Assembly: GCA_000934665.2 (NCBI GenBank)
Contig: KZ538543.1
Coordinates: forward strand, 1 to 63,193
Source: Catajapyx aquilonaris
Lineage: Eukaryota
Direction: 5' to 3'
Length of the DNA stretch: 63,193 nucleotides
In this document: positions 1 through 13,400 of the stretch, piece by piece
Position numbering within the stretch: the stretch's first letter is position 1
How the letters are laid out: each line of letters opens with the position of its first letter
Notes under the pieces: generated by a model
Database searches by the model: none
What the model saw: only the letters and a program-made list of their open reading frames with translations
Told to the model about the DNA's origin: nothing
Translations under genes and position numbers: made by a program

Positions 1-1345
1 ACAACGGCGTAAGTCCGACGTCTCTCCGACCTCGGGAAGTGGGAGATCTTTTCCATCCTATATCCTCCTCGGATTGGGGCTTTATATATATTAGATTACT
101 TACAAGAAAACTTAGCCTTATGACACTAAAGATCTTAAGGTAATACTGGACACAAACAACATGTCGATCGAAGCATTTTTCGAATGGTGGCAACAAATTT
201 CGTAAGCCCATGTGAAGGCTCTCGCCCCTGCTACTTCATTCCTTTTGGTCACTCGCTGTAGGTCTTCGCCTGACAAAATATTATTTTTGAGATGTTGAAA
301 CATATGAAGGGGGCTGAGTTAAAATATTATGTTGTCAGCCCAAACTGACAAATGAGGCACATGCAAATATACCATCATGCTTCTAGTTTTTGTAATATGT
401 TGGATTGTGTCTATGCGTGTGTCTATGACCAAGTTGAGGAAACGTATGTATTAGAATACACGTCAAAAAGCGTGGACTCGAGCAGTTTTTAATTATCGGT
501 TTGTGGATCCATTAATTAGAGAATGTACTCACACAGCACTGTCAGATAATTGCAGCTATCCAAACTTTTGTGGCAATTTGCCTCTGGGGTGCATAAAATT
601 ACTCTCATATAGTGCACAGTACTACAGTAGAATATGCTGACTAACAGTTAATTTTGATAAAAGGTTATTTTGGCTAGCAGTTACATGGAGTGGAAAATTA
701 TTTAGTCGGACAGGTACACAATACTGCGCACGTGGCTGACCTGTGGAAAAATATCGTGTAAGGGCAAATTCTGAAAGTTTCGGGCGCAAAAGTACCTGTA
801 ATTGGCATCTGTGCTTTTCCAGGTATATCGAAACTGCCTGAAAAGTGCGCCCGAGGGGAAAAATAAGTGGCTAGACGTCCTATAAGTGCAAAATATTATT
901 AGCCCTAGAATCGATTATTGATTCTAAGGACTAATAATTTTTTGCACTTATTCTTTCGCTTATTCTTACAAGTCCCTCAAAAATAGGAGTATATATTAAT
1001 AGCCACTGGGAAAAGGTTGAACTAACGCAATCACCTCTTATAAATCAGGTAGAATCATCACAAGAGAGGCCTGGGATACTCCAGGGTGTTTGAAAGTTGC
1101 CGATATGAAAAATGCGATATTGCACTGTGTAAGGTGTATGTAGTAGGCCTATACTTCAGTAGCCTACCGGTGTACACTCCTGAGTAACTGGTCATTTATT
1201 TTCAATTTTAAAACTACTTCAGTGATTTCTTCTGATTAAACCACCAAAGATAATTTGCAAAAAATGGGAATTTACTCATACCTAATCGCAGGGTCCTGCG
1301 AATGGTCTAACTTGTAAATAATGTTTATGTGTCCATACATTGCAG

Positions 1346-1455
1346 GGTCACCAGCAGATAAGGCTGATTTGGAGGTGGCCGACGAGATCCTGGAAGTGAA
1401 TGGAAAGTCCTTGGAGGATGCAACCCACACAGAAGTTATAGCCCACATACACCAG
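1346..1455 (+). CDS. MAGUK exon: C-terminal half of an N-terminal PDZ domain (SPADKADLEVADEILEVNGKSLEDATHTEVIAHIHQ)
   Basis: ttgcag|GG...CAG|gtcagt. Matches the PDZ pattern SPA..A.L...D.ILEVNG..L...TH.EV. Not in the supplied ORF track. Confidence 0.85.
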
Positions 1456-4400
1456 GTCAGTCATTTATTATGCAGAAATATATTGTAGCTCACCCCTCTC
1501 TTGAGGTACCTAATACGTATAAGCGTATCAGGGGGAAATACTGTACATTTGAACAGGTTACAAATGATTATGATAATAGAGATGCAATATTGGTTATTTG
1601 ATTAACCTGTGCATCATGCAGAGGTATACAATGGCATCATTCAGAATACTGAGAATATGTACTACGAGAAGACCCCACTGAGTGGTATTCGTACTGGTTC
1701 GTTAATTTACTTTGGAACATTGAAGCAATATCCAACGTAATTTTAATTTTCGCTCTTTGTTTTTACGGAACAAAGCAAGGTGATTAATTAGTCACTCAAT
1801 CATAAGAGCAGGCGTGATAGGTAACGTGCGTGCTTTTGCGTTAGATGTTCTCCAGAATTCATAGAACATGAATTTGAAACCTATATATATCAATTTGTTT
1901 GGGCTAACCTGCTAAAAGACATTACCGTAATAAAAGTGAAACTTCAAAGCACAGCACGCGCACATATCACAGGATACTGTAAAAATCTGACAAGAGATGC
2001 GTAAAAAAATTACTATTGTAGACATTTAGATGATTGTGGACGGATATACTCACCTAATTCTATGAAAGCGTGTTATGCGGTAAACTATACCGTAATGACA
2101 GCAATGATCCATTCTAAACGCCGCGCGCGCCAGCAAATAGCAGCTAAGTCCTTTTCGCCGGGAAGAGGAGAACTGATTGTCACCAAATGCTTTTAATATT
2201 AATCAGGATTTTGACACGTTACTTTCAAACTATATCAAAAAATTATACAACTTACTAATATTAGAAAAATAGGCTCATCTCATCGGACCAGATGACTGCA
2301 ATTAATTTCCTAGCTAAATATATTGAAACTGATTCATTTCGAACCATTGGCATCCGAGGCCACAAGGTTACCACAAGGCAGTGGTTTAAAATGATGATAC
2401 CCATTTACATAACATTAATATATTATTTACGGTAACAAATTTTATTCAATTGTAATACATGTATATTTATTTTACCGTGTTTTGATAATTCCTACAAATG
2501 TCTGTTTAATTATACATGCAGTTTAGTCCCACAATATCGAGGATAGCTACGCCAGTAAGTTTAGAATATATCTTGTATAATACAGTAATGATACAACAAC
2601 TGCACGTCATAGCCTATATTTCCTGCGAGCCCCCATTATTTTGGAGACTAGTTATGAAAGGTATATAGTTGACTAAATAACGAACTGCTTATGTGAAGAT
2701 CACCTTTCGTCGACTTGGGCTTGCTCTCCAGTTGTCTCCTCGATGCAGCAAAAAATAACTGTTTACGCAGTTGTGGTTCGCTAATGTATCACTTGACAAT
2801 AACAGTACATCTCACCCGTCATTAATGTCTCCTCGCTTGTTGCCCTACAAACATAAAATATCAAGAGGCAAACATTGGGGGCTGCCACTAAATTGCAATG
2901 GCCTGTCCAGTTGTGACGCACGCATATAGCAAACACTATTTGTGCCGCTCGATGTGCAATGAGACAATAAACGTGATCTGTTTGATAAACGAAATGCATT
3001 TGCAGCCGAATACACACGTTAGAAGGCAATGAAAAGCGTGGCAAGAGTCCAATGGCAATGTTGATGCGGTGGTTACTGTATGTGAGGTGAAGAATGGACT
3101 CCTCAGACGCTCATTGGCCAATGTGACCTCAGATCATGGTGGACTTTCTGGCTTTGTAGATGATTTCAGATGCTCACAGACCAGTTTCGCTTCTGATCTC
3201 TCTGCTTCTTGTGCACCTGGAACTGCCTCACGGATATACATAAGAAAAGCACGCTTCGGCTTTTCGAAAGGCTGCTTATGTTCTTATAGTTGACTACTTA
3301 TTTGTTTCAAGTGCGGTAGGGATTATGGGGCACAGTTACAAGTTTAACACCTGTTTTGGCACTGGGGCTGGTATTCAGCTTTATTAGTATCCCCAGGCGC
3401 AAGAAAGGCCAGGGAATGCTAAGAATAATCTTTATGAGCTCTCATGACTTACCTGTGCTGAGTGCGTGGGAGCCACAAGCTTACTGTTAGCTTTACCTGA
3501 AGTCCTCTACTATTATACCGTGTCTATCAGAATTGAACTTGTATGTAAACGTGAAATGTTGTTTGTCCGTTTAGGAATAGCCAATTGGAACACTTGGCAT
3601 TTCACGTCAATGACAGAGCACTTTGTGCGTGCCAGATTTTTAAAAGGATGGGTAGGCTACACGTAAACTGTTATTAGTAGCTAATAATGTTGATAAACAG
3701 TGGGTAATAATTATGTGAATGTTACTGCTAAAAATAAGAAGTTTAGTGACAACAAAAATAGCCAAATTAGTCGGACAAGTATTTTGGATCACCATGGATA
3801 AAGTAAATGGATTATCGTGATTTATTATGGTGTTAAGTTTCTTGTAACCAATTTCACGACGTGTGACTGATGGGAAAAACATTAATAACTAGTGCCATCA
3901 AACAAGCATTGCATGGGCCCACAAAGGGCAATTTTCCTCCAGTTAATTTTCAATTGGGGTATTGTAATTACATTTCAGTGCAACAGTTGATGGGGATAGT
4001 AATCAATAGACGCTAAGTGAACCAAAACCATAGGAGAGATTCCCTACCACACTCTCTTTGCATCACCCAGCAGTTGCACATGAATCATAAATAGACATGC
4101 CTTATCCTTGTCACGTTGCCCTTCCCGCCTTTCTCCCCGACTTTCTTCAAACACAAACCACAAACTAAAAAGCACTGTTGATAGACTGTAACAAAATAAA
4201 CAATCATCTCCCAGAAAATACGGGAGATTTCCGGGTATACGCGGGCATGAAAGCACAGATTTACAAGCCCTAGATAATCCTGATCACCGCTGATCACATA
4301 ATTATCATCATGTCCGTGTGTCAGTGACTTCCAAGATCTAGAACTTGGCAGACCAATCCAGGCTCAATTTTCATGCACACAACAGGTTTTTCGACCGCCT

Positions 4401-7400
4401 TATTTATATCTCCTGATCTAAAATGGAACATGATTATATTGCAACTGTGTTCATCAGAGCATAGCATCAGGTCATTAACGTGTTACTGTTTCTTTTAGTT
4501 GAAGTATGTTCATTTTTAAACAAGAGCATTCAAAAATTTAATATACACGTATGCCGTCTTGGTAGGGTCATGTGAGCCATAGTTCAATGCGCATGTCTGG
4601 TGATAGGTGATGTTATTGTTACAATATTTATAGTTTAGGTTTTCCGAGCTATATTTGGTTTTAATGTTTTACTATTTGTTTTATTGCAAGAAACGTGTGT
4701 CATTTTTACGTACGGTACATAACTGGGTTTAACTGACGTCTCCTTCATCGATGACTACCGCATGTATATAGGGGACAGGCGCGGATCCAGGGGGGGGGGG
4801 GGGGGGNNNNNNNNNNNNNNNNNNNNNNNNNNNNNNNNNNNNNNNNNNNNNNNNNNNNNNNNNNNNNNNNNNNNNNNNNNNNNNNNNNNNNNNNNNNNNN
4901 NNNNNNNNNNNNNNNNNNNNNNNNNNNNNNNNNNNNNNNNNNNNNNNNNNNNNNNNNNNNNNNNNNNNNNNNNNNNNNNNNNNNNNNNNGTCTGCACAGG
5001 TCTTTATACCCCCCCCCCCCCCACATATACCCTTGTGCCCCCCCCCGAAAACATTTCTGGATCCGCGCCTGATAGGGGATTCAGTACACAGTAATGTGTG
5101 TATGGGTCAAATTAACCGAGTGACTGCGAATATTTTCGATAATTTCTAAGAGTGACGGTTCCAAAGTCAACTGCTTAAAAATTAGCACCTTAAGGTGAAA
5201 CACATAACTACTACATACATTTCAATTTTAAATCAAGTATATATAAAGCCCCAATCCGAGGAGGATATAGGAGGAGGAGGAGGAGGAGGAGGAGGAGGAG
5301 GAGGAGGATGGAAAAGATTTCGCACTTCCCGAGGTCGTAGAACGCTGGTCGAAGCTCCGTTGGATTTCTTGCCTCCGGTTTACCGATGCCAAAAATCCTC
5401 ATAATCGCAAAATTCCCAGCCGTTTTGGAGATGGCCAAAAGTCGACTTTTGTACGTGCCACCTTGCACATCTGCTCGTCATTAAGCCGCCGGAGAACAAT
5501 ATCTTCAGGCACTTCAGCTGCCTTAAACGCTTGCGCAAGATTTACTCTACGGTGTCTAATTTATTCATCTAGATTCTAGAATATGGAAAGTAGATTTCAA
5601 TGTCAGCAAATTAATAGTTTGAGTCACTCTTATACCGTGTGTATATTCATAAACTATGATTTCAACACCACCTCTTTGAATGTGGGGATAGCATGGGATT
5701 AACCCCCTTTTTCAGCTTTGTCGTTAAAATATTTTGTTTTACTCCTCTCACCTCCAGCGTAATGGGAGGAGGAACCGAGAAGGCTGGAAAGGGGTGTTAA
5801 AATTTTGTACTCTGGCTTTGTCCTGCAAGTGCCTGACGCATTGAGCCTGCAGGGTAAATTAATTTCACTCGTGAGGCCTTGATCCAGCGTAATCTATAGC
5901 TTGCGTCACACACGGAGCTTTTAACCTACGATTCTTAGGTATCTTAACAAAGTTGGTTTTAACCTTCTAATCAAAAAATAGGAGAGTTTGGTTAAATTTT
6001 GAGTTGTTAATGACGTTACTGAGAAATCAGCCTACCCGACCATTTAGTTTAAAATCATATACAGTACATGTCAAAAGAACTGCTCATAAATGGCCCCAGA
6101 AATATAGGCCTACCTAATAATTAGAGGGCAATGATTTATAGGTGGCGTTAACGAGGCTTCATAGCAGCAAAATAATTGTTCTTAAATTTTGACAATCTTA
6201 ATTCGCATTTTTATGGGCTTGGAAAAGAAAAACAATCTGAATATCCTCGGAACAAAGCAGGCTTATCCTTAGGGTACGCGCAAAATAGCCTGCAGACTAC
6301 TGGAAGACTATTCACGTACTCCACAATATTCAGGTCTTCATTTTCAAGAGAATATATTTATTTGGCATATTTTTGCTTCCGAAAATCTGCTCCCGTCATT
6401 GCTGCTATTACGAAAAGTTTTGAGCTTTTGAAGAAAACATGATTGGCTGCTGCAGGCTAATATTTTTACCGCGTCAATTTGTTTCTTTCATTGAAATTTT
6501 CGGTGTAGAAACTGTACAATATGAAAACAGTAGATTGAAAATGTGTTCATAATATCTTGTCATTCTTTTCAGTGCATACGTTCCCGCACAATATGTTTGA
6601 GGGTCAAAAGAAGAAGTGGAAACAAACTAGGTAAGCCTAAAATAATATGCTACATTATTATTTTGTGTCATGAGAAGAGGTAGGAAAAACCAGATGAATG
6701 TGTCCTTTCTGTGTGTTTTTGTGCCATAGCAGCGCTGGATCTGGCACAAAGCAGCAATGTGCAAGATGCCTTTGTGATCGCCGTGGAACAGCAGGCCAAG
6801 GAGAGGTTGGAAAGGCTGTCAGCCCTTCGTCGCATCAAGCCTGTCGACATGACAAAGCTCTCACATCAGGTCAGAACCTTCTTGGCATGAATGTCCAATT
6901 ATTTAGGTGCTATAATAGACCTACCTGACTTAGTTTCTGTGTCATTGCATGTCACCTTATGACCCTCACCCCTTCGAAATGTTTTGTGACTCAGCTATAT
7001 ACATCAAGCATATTATGCCTAGCAATATTATGAAACCCTTTTATCCTCTAGAGACCCAATGTATAGTATGCTATACATTGGGTCTGCATTTTTTTAACCT
7101 CAGAAAAAATACTCAGAAAAAATGCAGACCGGATGTATAGCATACTATACATTGGGTCTCTAGAGGTTATGAGAATGAATTGGACATTTTCTCTCGAAAA
7201 ATTGATATCACGAGCAACGCGTATTAGAAAGAGAGAATGAGAGCTTGCTATACGTATATGTTTTTAAAAATGAAAGTAAAATTGGCATATTTCTGCATTA
7301 ACTCGGCACTGGGCGACAAAGTCTGTTGAAATGGAAACATTTTTACCCGCTATAATATCCAGGAGGTTTGTAAAAGTTCGAATCGTTTTTTATCTACTAC

Positions 7401-10400
7401 TCTACAACTGTACTGTACAGCCATTGGTCTACCCACCCTTCCACACAGAAATACGCCAAGTGTACCTATGGCATATTAAAGGCTACTGCATTTCGATATC
7501 TACATGCACTTGCTTTTAAAACATGTACGCAATATTACCTGTAGTACACTTGGTAGTATATACCTCTTTCATTTTATTCTCTATTAAACCCAATCATTCT
7601 GACCATATTACAAGGACATATGGTATTCTCATCCCATTTTTCACCGTCTTACATTTAGCTCCTTAACTCCGAGAGGTCAAATCTTGGTGCCAAACTTATA
7701 GCGATTAACATAAAAGAGTATACTGCCCAACCATCCACTTCTGGCATACATTGTGTGAGAAAGTATGAACAAAAGAGTGCTAATAAAATACTGTATACTC
7801 GTATATACCTCCTGAAAAAAAAATCCCCATATCCTACATGCACAACAATAGAAAGGAGGCACATCAGAGGAAGCGGCAAACTTCACTCGGATTTAGCGCT
7901 CAGATGTTGATCGTTCATGGTTTTCTGGAGCAGCATGCGATTTATCCGGCAGTTAAACAATGTACGTAAATTCAATGGAGTACATTACTCGAGATAATTT
8001 CTGACGCTTGGATGCCAGTTGAATTCCAGCTGAAATCCAGCGTAAACCCCGTTTTCAACGGAGAGCCCCGATATTTTTTGACAAGCCGAAGCCTGTACAG
8101 TGTAGGTAGGTGTTTTAACGCGCTATAGGTTTTAGAGGTAGGAATAATCCCCGGAAGTATGATGCGAGAGTAGCTGCTGCGCAGACTTGCTTGACTCGCC
8201 CTGCCTATAGCCTACCTAGCCATCTACAATGCCTCTATTGATTCTCCTCCTGAGTGGGCGCCGCCTCATTCAAGCCTCGTCCCCACCAGATAGCTGGTTG
8301 CTAGCCTGCCTCTGTCTATCTCTGCCTCCGGCTCTGTGTGCACTACTATAGTGCAAATTCATATTCATCTAGCCTTGCTTTGCCTTTTCTCTTTAGTAGA
8401 CTATCCAAATGCTCCATCGGCCTTTCTAAGAATATCTCTCTGATGCATCGACCCTAGATTTTACTGGGGAAAACGAGCGCTATAATTAAGTTTTATCGGA
8501 GTCTTCGGGCTGAAATAATTACCTTCCTTTTATGTTCCTTGGCACTCGTCCTCGTCGAGTAAACCTCTTATTTTTTACATGAAAGGCCATTGAGACGGCG
8601 GCCTATGGGGCGAACTTTGTACCCCCAAGTGTCTTGTTAAAAGGAATTGTAAACTTTGTCTTCAAAGGCAGAGTTTTTGATTACTTCTGAAATAAGTCAT
8701 TTATGAAAGAAAGCAATTTATAGAGATCTGCTCCCGTCATAATATAGAGCTCGAATCGTCTTAAAAACTAAGACAAAACTGAAGTAATGTCCCAGATGAA
8801 AACCATGATAATATAGAGCCTCGGTCTTCAACCAGTGTCCCAAGGGTTCAGTGAAGGTATTTGGAGTAATGTCTGCTCATTTATTACTCCGGAAAATATT
8901 CCGATATCCGGAAGTCTTTATGGATCCGTTATTCTCAAGCCAGAGCAGTAGACCTAAGCAATAGCCTACTACTGTAACCAAAGGAAATACTGTAGTGGAA
9001 AATCACTACCAGGATAGTTTTCGGAGTGAACCGCCACACACTTTAGTGAAGTTGTTCCTAATGTTTGATGAAGGGGTGAAACTCATTTTAGTATTTTAAA
9101 AGTAAGTAGGCCTATTTGAAATTTGAAATTTTGCAACTTTTTAGATAACACTATGCAACAAAATCAATTTTTTTCTGTCCATGGAAATTCATCGCTATTT
9201 CCATATTCCTTAGGTCACTCGTAAATCATATTGATCATTCAATTTGTCTGGAATTTGTTTTGACCTCTGGGCAGTCAAAAAACCCAAATCCTCAAATATA
9301 GGGGTTTTTCCCAATCAAGTGGGCCCTATTGTTGCTAGACCATCTCCGATTTTGCTGAAGAAAATCACAGCTGTACACACCTATGCCATAACAATGGTCA
9401 CTGGATATCAAGTTTCAGCCATATTGTGAAATACCGTGGGGGTAGAAAAAAATCGCGAAATTTTGTCAATTTGGCCTATTTTGGATAATTTTTTCGGTTA
9501 GTGGAAGTGGCCAAAACCCAATCCACATAATTATACATCAAATGAAAGGGAAACGCGAGTAGAACGCGCCTATGGAATTTGTTTTTCTCGAAAATGTACC
9601 CAGAAAAACATGTGCCCCATTCCATTGGTCATATGCTCAGTCACATGTCCCAAGTATTTAGACCCCAAAAATTAGTGATATATTTGCGTAACACAAGCCA
9701 TATTTGGTGACAGGGGTTGTGACCCATACTTTTATTTTATTTATTTATTTTACCCCATGATACAACTATAATTCGTTATAGGGGGGTGGCACACCACCAC
9801 CAGTTTTCAAACTTGTTTTTCTTCAATCACCGTGCAAGAACTTCAGGATGTAGGGTAGGGATATGGATTGTTGGGGAGGGGACACTGTGAAGGTGCAATG
9901 TCTTAAACGTTTGGGCCATGTGCAGTCCCCCAGGAGGTTAGGTTGCCAGACACCTCCAAGGTGCGGGTCAGAAACCCTCCCGACGCAGGCGAAAGGGAAC
10001 TCCCAGGCGGGGATCGAAGCAGGGACCTTTCACTCAGCAAGCCGAGACGTTACCATCTCGGCCACCACACCTCCCCAAGGTTGTGACCCATACAAAATTT
10101 AATATGTTCAGTTTCAATCCTGGGTCATGCATGGATCGCGAGAAAATAATAGATATGTTTTGCAGGTATGACATTAATTTTCAAGGAGTGAAATTCTTGG
10201 ACATGTGACTGATTGAATGCCACTCATGTTTTTCTGATCACATTTCAGAGGAAAACAAATTTCATAGGCGCATTCTCATGTTTCTCTTTCATTTGATGTA
10301 CTCGCATATGTTGATTGGGTTTTATCATCACTTCCACTAACCTAAAAAAATTATCCAAAAAAGGTCCCATTTTCAAATTTTTGCGATTTTTCCCTCCCCA

Positions 10401-13400
10401 AGGTATTTCGCAATATGGCTGAAACTTGATATTCACTGTTATGGCATAGGCGTGTACAATTGCGATTTTTTAAAGCAAAATCCGAGATAGTCTAGCAACA
10501 TTTAGGCCCACTTGATTGAGCCTTAAGTTTGAGGATTTTGGTTTTTTGACTGCCCGAGGTCAAAAACAAATTCAAGACAATATGAATGGTCATTATGAGT
10601 TACGAGTGGCCTAAGGAACATGGAAATAGCGATAAATTTCCATGGACAAATATCGTGTTGCATACCGGTAGTGTATAATTTGTATTTAAACAAATTTCTA
10701 TAGCAATGTTAAATAATACGAAGCCCAGAGGAGCTATAACGTGCATGTATGCCTGTATACGTATTTGCCCTTGTGAGCTTCCGCAAAATAATTCCCCATT
10801 TTTTAGAGATTTTGTATCTTGTTCACTAAAAGTGATGTTAATGAAATTCATAATTTTGTAACACTCGTTAGGCAGGTTCAGCCCACTTCAAATGAGGTAT
10901 TACAATGGAGACCCATGAATTAGGACACATTAGTGTCATTAATTCCAATTTTAATTAACAATAATTATGTTGTCAACTCTGAAATCAGCCGGCATTTTCC
11001 ATTTCCAAAAATAATTTAACTAAAATTGTCTATGGCAGTGGATTCTCCTGTGGCCATTCAAATAGAAAAAAATTGCGATTTTTAAAAACCTATATTCGTC
11101 ATGTTGGAATGCATGTAACAAAACTGAGTTTTTTTTGGAGCAACTTCCACAAGTACTGTATTTGTGGCGGTTCGCGGCAAAAACTCTGCTAGAATAAGGG
11201 ATCCTTTGTGGTAAAATATTTTATTGTTGTTGAGCAAACTTTGTGACATGTGTCACTTACTATATTTTCTCATTCCTATGGGCATTTTATCATTTGTATC
11301 CTTTTATTGCGATTTTCATCAGGGTACTCTGCAAGAATATTCTGGAGAATACGGTATATAAACAGTACCATACAAGAGCCAGGAGTATGAAAGCGAGCCA
11401 GGCGACTGTCCATGAAAATACTGCGTACGTACAGTACTGTACATGAGAAAATATGCTAAAACTATACGTACAAGTCTCATCAATTTATGGACCTTTGCTT
11501 GGCATTCAGAATGGGAATGATATCAGGGAAATATTCCGAAAAGGAACCCCTCCCAGATCGCTTTGGGTCCAGCAGCCATAAGAGCGGGTTACACGGAGTG
11601 ATATGCGATCTATAGGAGGGAAGCGAGGAAAAACGACAGGGGATAATGCTTTGAAATGTATGGTTGACTCGAATGTACTCCCCAAGACCAAAAGCGACTA
11701 TGCATATTTTACTCTAAAAGGTCCATTGTGGCGTGGAGGTTAAAAGGTGTCGCCATCTTTGTTGTTCGCAACTCTGTTGTTGGAAGAGAGAGTTAAGTGC
11801 GGTCGAAGATGCACCTGCAATATTAATTGTTTACCAATCAGATAGAATGAGAGAAAATGTCGAATTCGAGACTAACCTTGATATTGTGAAATATGGGCAG
11901 TCACACTTTGATAATATGATGTGGCGTAGGAGAATGTCAAAGATTACAGATTGTAATTGCGCGACTTGGCAGAACTTTCCAGGTACTCTGGGTACACAGA
12001 TAGTACATAAAACCTCTAGGAGAAACTAGGTGAAAACTGCGATTCTTTTTATGATGCTTTTATCTTTCATTAAAAGCGAAGAAATTACCTCTCGCGGAAG
12101 TTTGACAGCAGTTCTGCGGAGCCCAATAATTTCTCGGATAAAATTCCTAATTTGGTATTAAAAGTCATTTTATTGTCGATTGCGACCATGTAATTGATAC
12201 AGTTTAATATGAGAGTCACATATTGCTCATAATGTTCACATTTCCAGTTGGCTGATTTGTTCAGTGGCCACATTGAGAGAGAAAATGCCAACTATACACG
12301 CTATGAATCAATACCAGCCTATTTCCTGTGTTACCTGCATGTTCGTTGTCTGTGCTTAATTACTGTTCCCTGTTCATTGCTCTCCAAACTGAGGCTAAAT
12401 ATGCTTCTATTTTTTACAATAATACCTTCGCCACGAATGGATGCCTGCTTGCCATTGTGTCAAGCCAATGTAACTAGAATAATAACGAGAAAAAGGATCA
12501 CATTAGAAGTAACCAAATGAGTCACATTCATTGGTAAATAACAAACTACAGAAATTAGTGGTAGGACAGAGGCCAATTTGTATGGGCACTGTAAACTTCT
12601 CCAGGATTACCACGCTTTTGGTTGCTAATGATAAGTCTTCCGTTCTCTAAATGGACACGTCTTCTGCTCTCTGCTAATGGGAGCAGCTTTCTATGTCACT
12701 CTGATCAAAGTTGAAGTTTCAAATAGTCCCGGGGAATATCCCTTTATTCGACGCCACTGAACTGTGATGTACATTATCACTTCATGAAGGAGTAACGCTT
12801 CTTCACGTGAGCATGCCGCAATTTGGAGAGACGTAAAACCGCAGAATAAGTGCATCATCCTTTTACGTGTGTGTTGGTGCCTCCTCATCCAGCTGAGCCA
12901 GGAGCCATCGGAGCTGAGCAGCTTGATCGAATCAAGTCCGATCTACGTGACGTCTGTTCCCGAGCTGAGAGGTTCCCAATCAAGTATCCAGGAGGGCTCT
13001 CCGGTGTCTGGAAACCTGTTGGCCCCACCTCCCAGCCCCCTGCCGCCGGCTCCTGCTGCACCTCCACCCTCTCCGCTCCTCAATGGACATTCGAGAGATG
13101 ATCAGGTACAGTTATAATCTGACGCAGACACCAAAAATCTTAATGCTTCCTGTCCCGTTTCTTCCATTCAGTATATCAAAAGTAGAGACTTTAATAGCGT
13201 GTTTGTCCGCTCAAATGTGTGTGGGTGTTTAATTTTACAATAGCCTACACACGCAGACCTGCGGTCCAATACCTATGGGGACCTGGGAAACACCACCTTT
13301 TTCGACGCGAGTGCAAACTAACCTAACCTAACCTAACCTAACCTAACTAACCTAGGCTGAGATAAATGGACTTTTGTAAAACGGTGCTATACGTAACTGT

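Noticed and set aside
1..14. Donor-like GGC|GTAAGT at the window start as the end of the upstream PDZ exon
   Set aside because: Only 8 nt of possible exon are visible. Joining it to 1346 would give Arg rather than the expected Gly before SPA, so it cannot be supported.
4745..5094. ORFs running through N runs (also 48854-49392)
   Set aside because: Artefacts of assembly gaps next to poly-G/C tracts in MITEs.
9863..10102. Similar short ORFs at 9863, 38747/38821 and 51719/51822 that look like a small gene family
   Set aside because: They are translations of SINE family A copies; frames and starts are not conserved.
13317..13353. (CCTAA)n as a true telomere or chromosome fusion scar
   Set aside because: The tracts are short and embedded within inverted-repeat elements inside introns.
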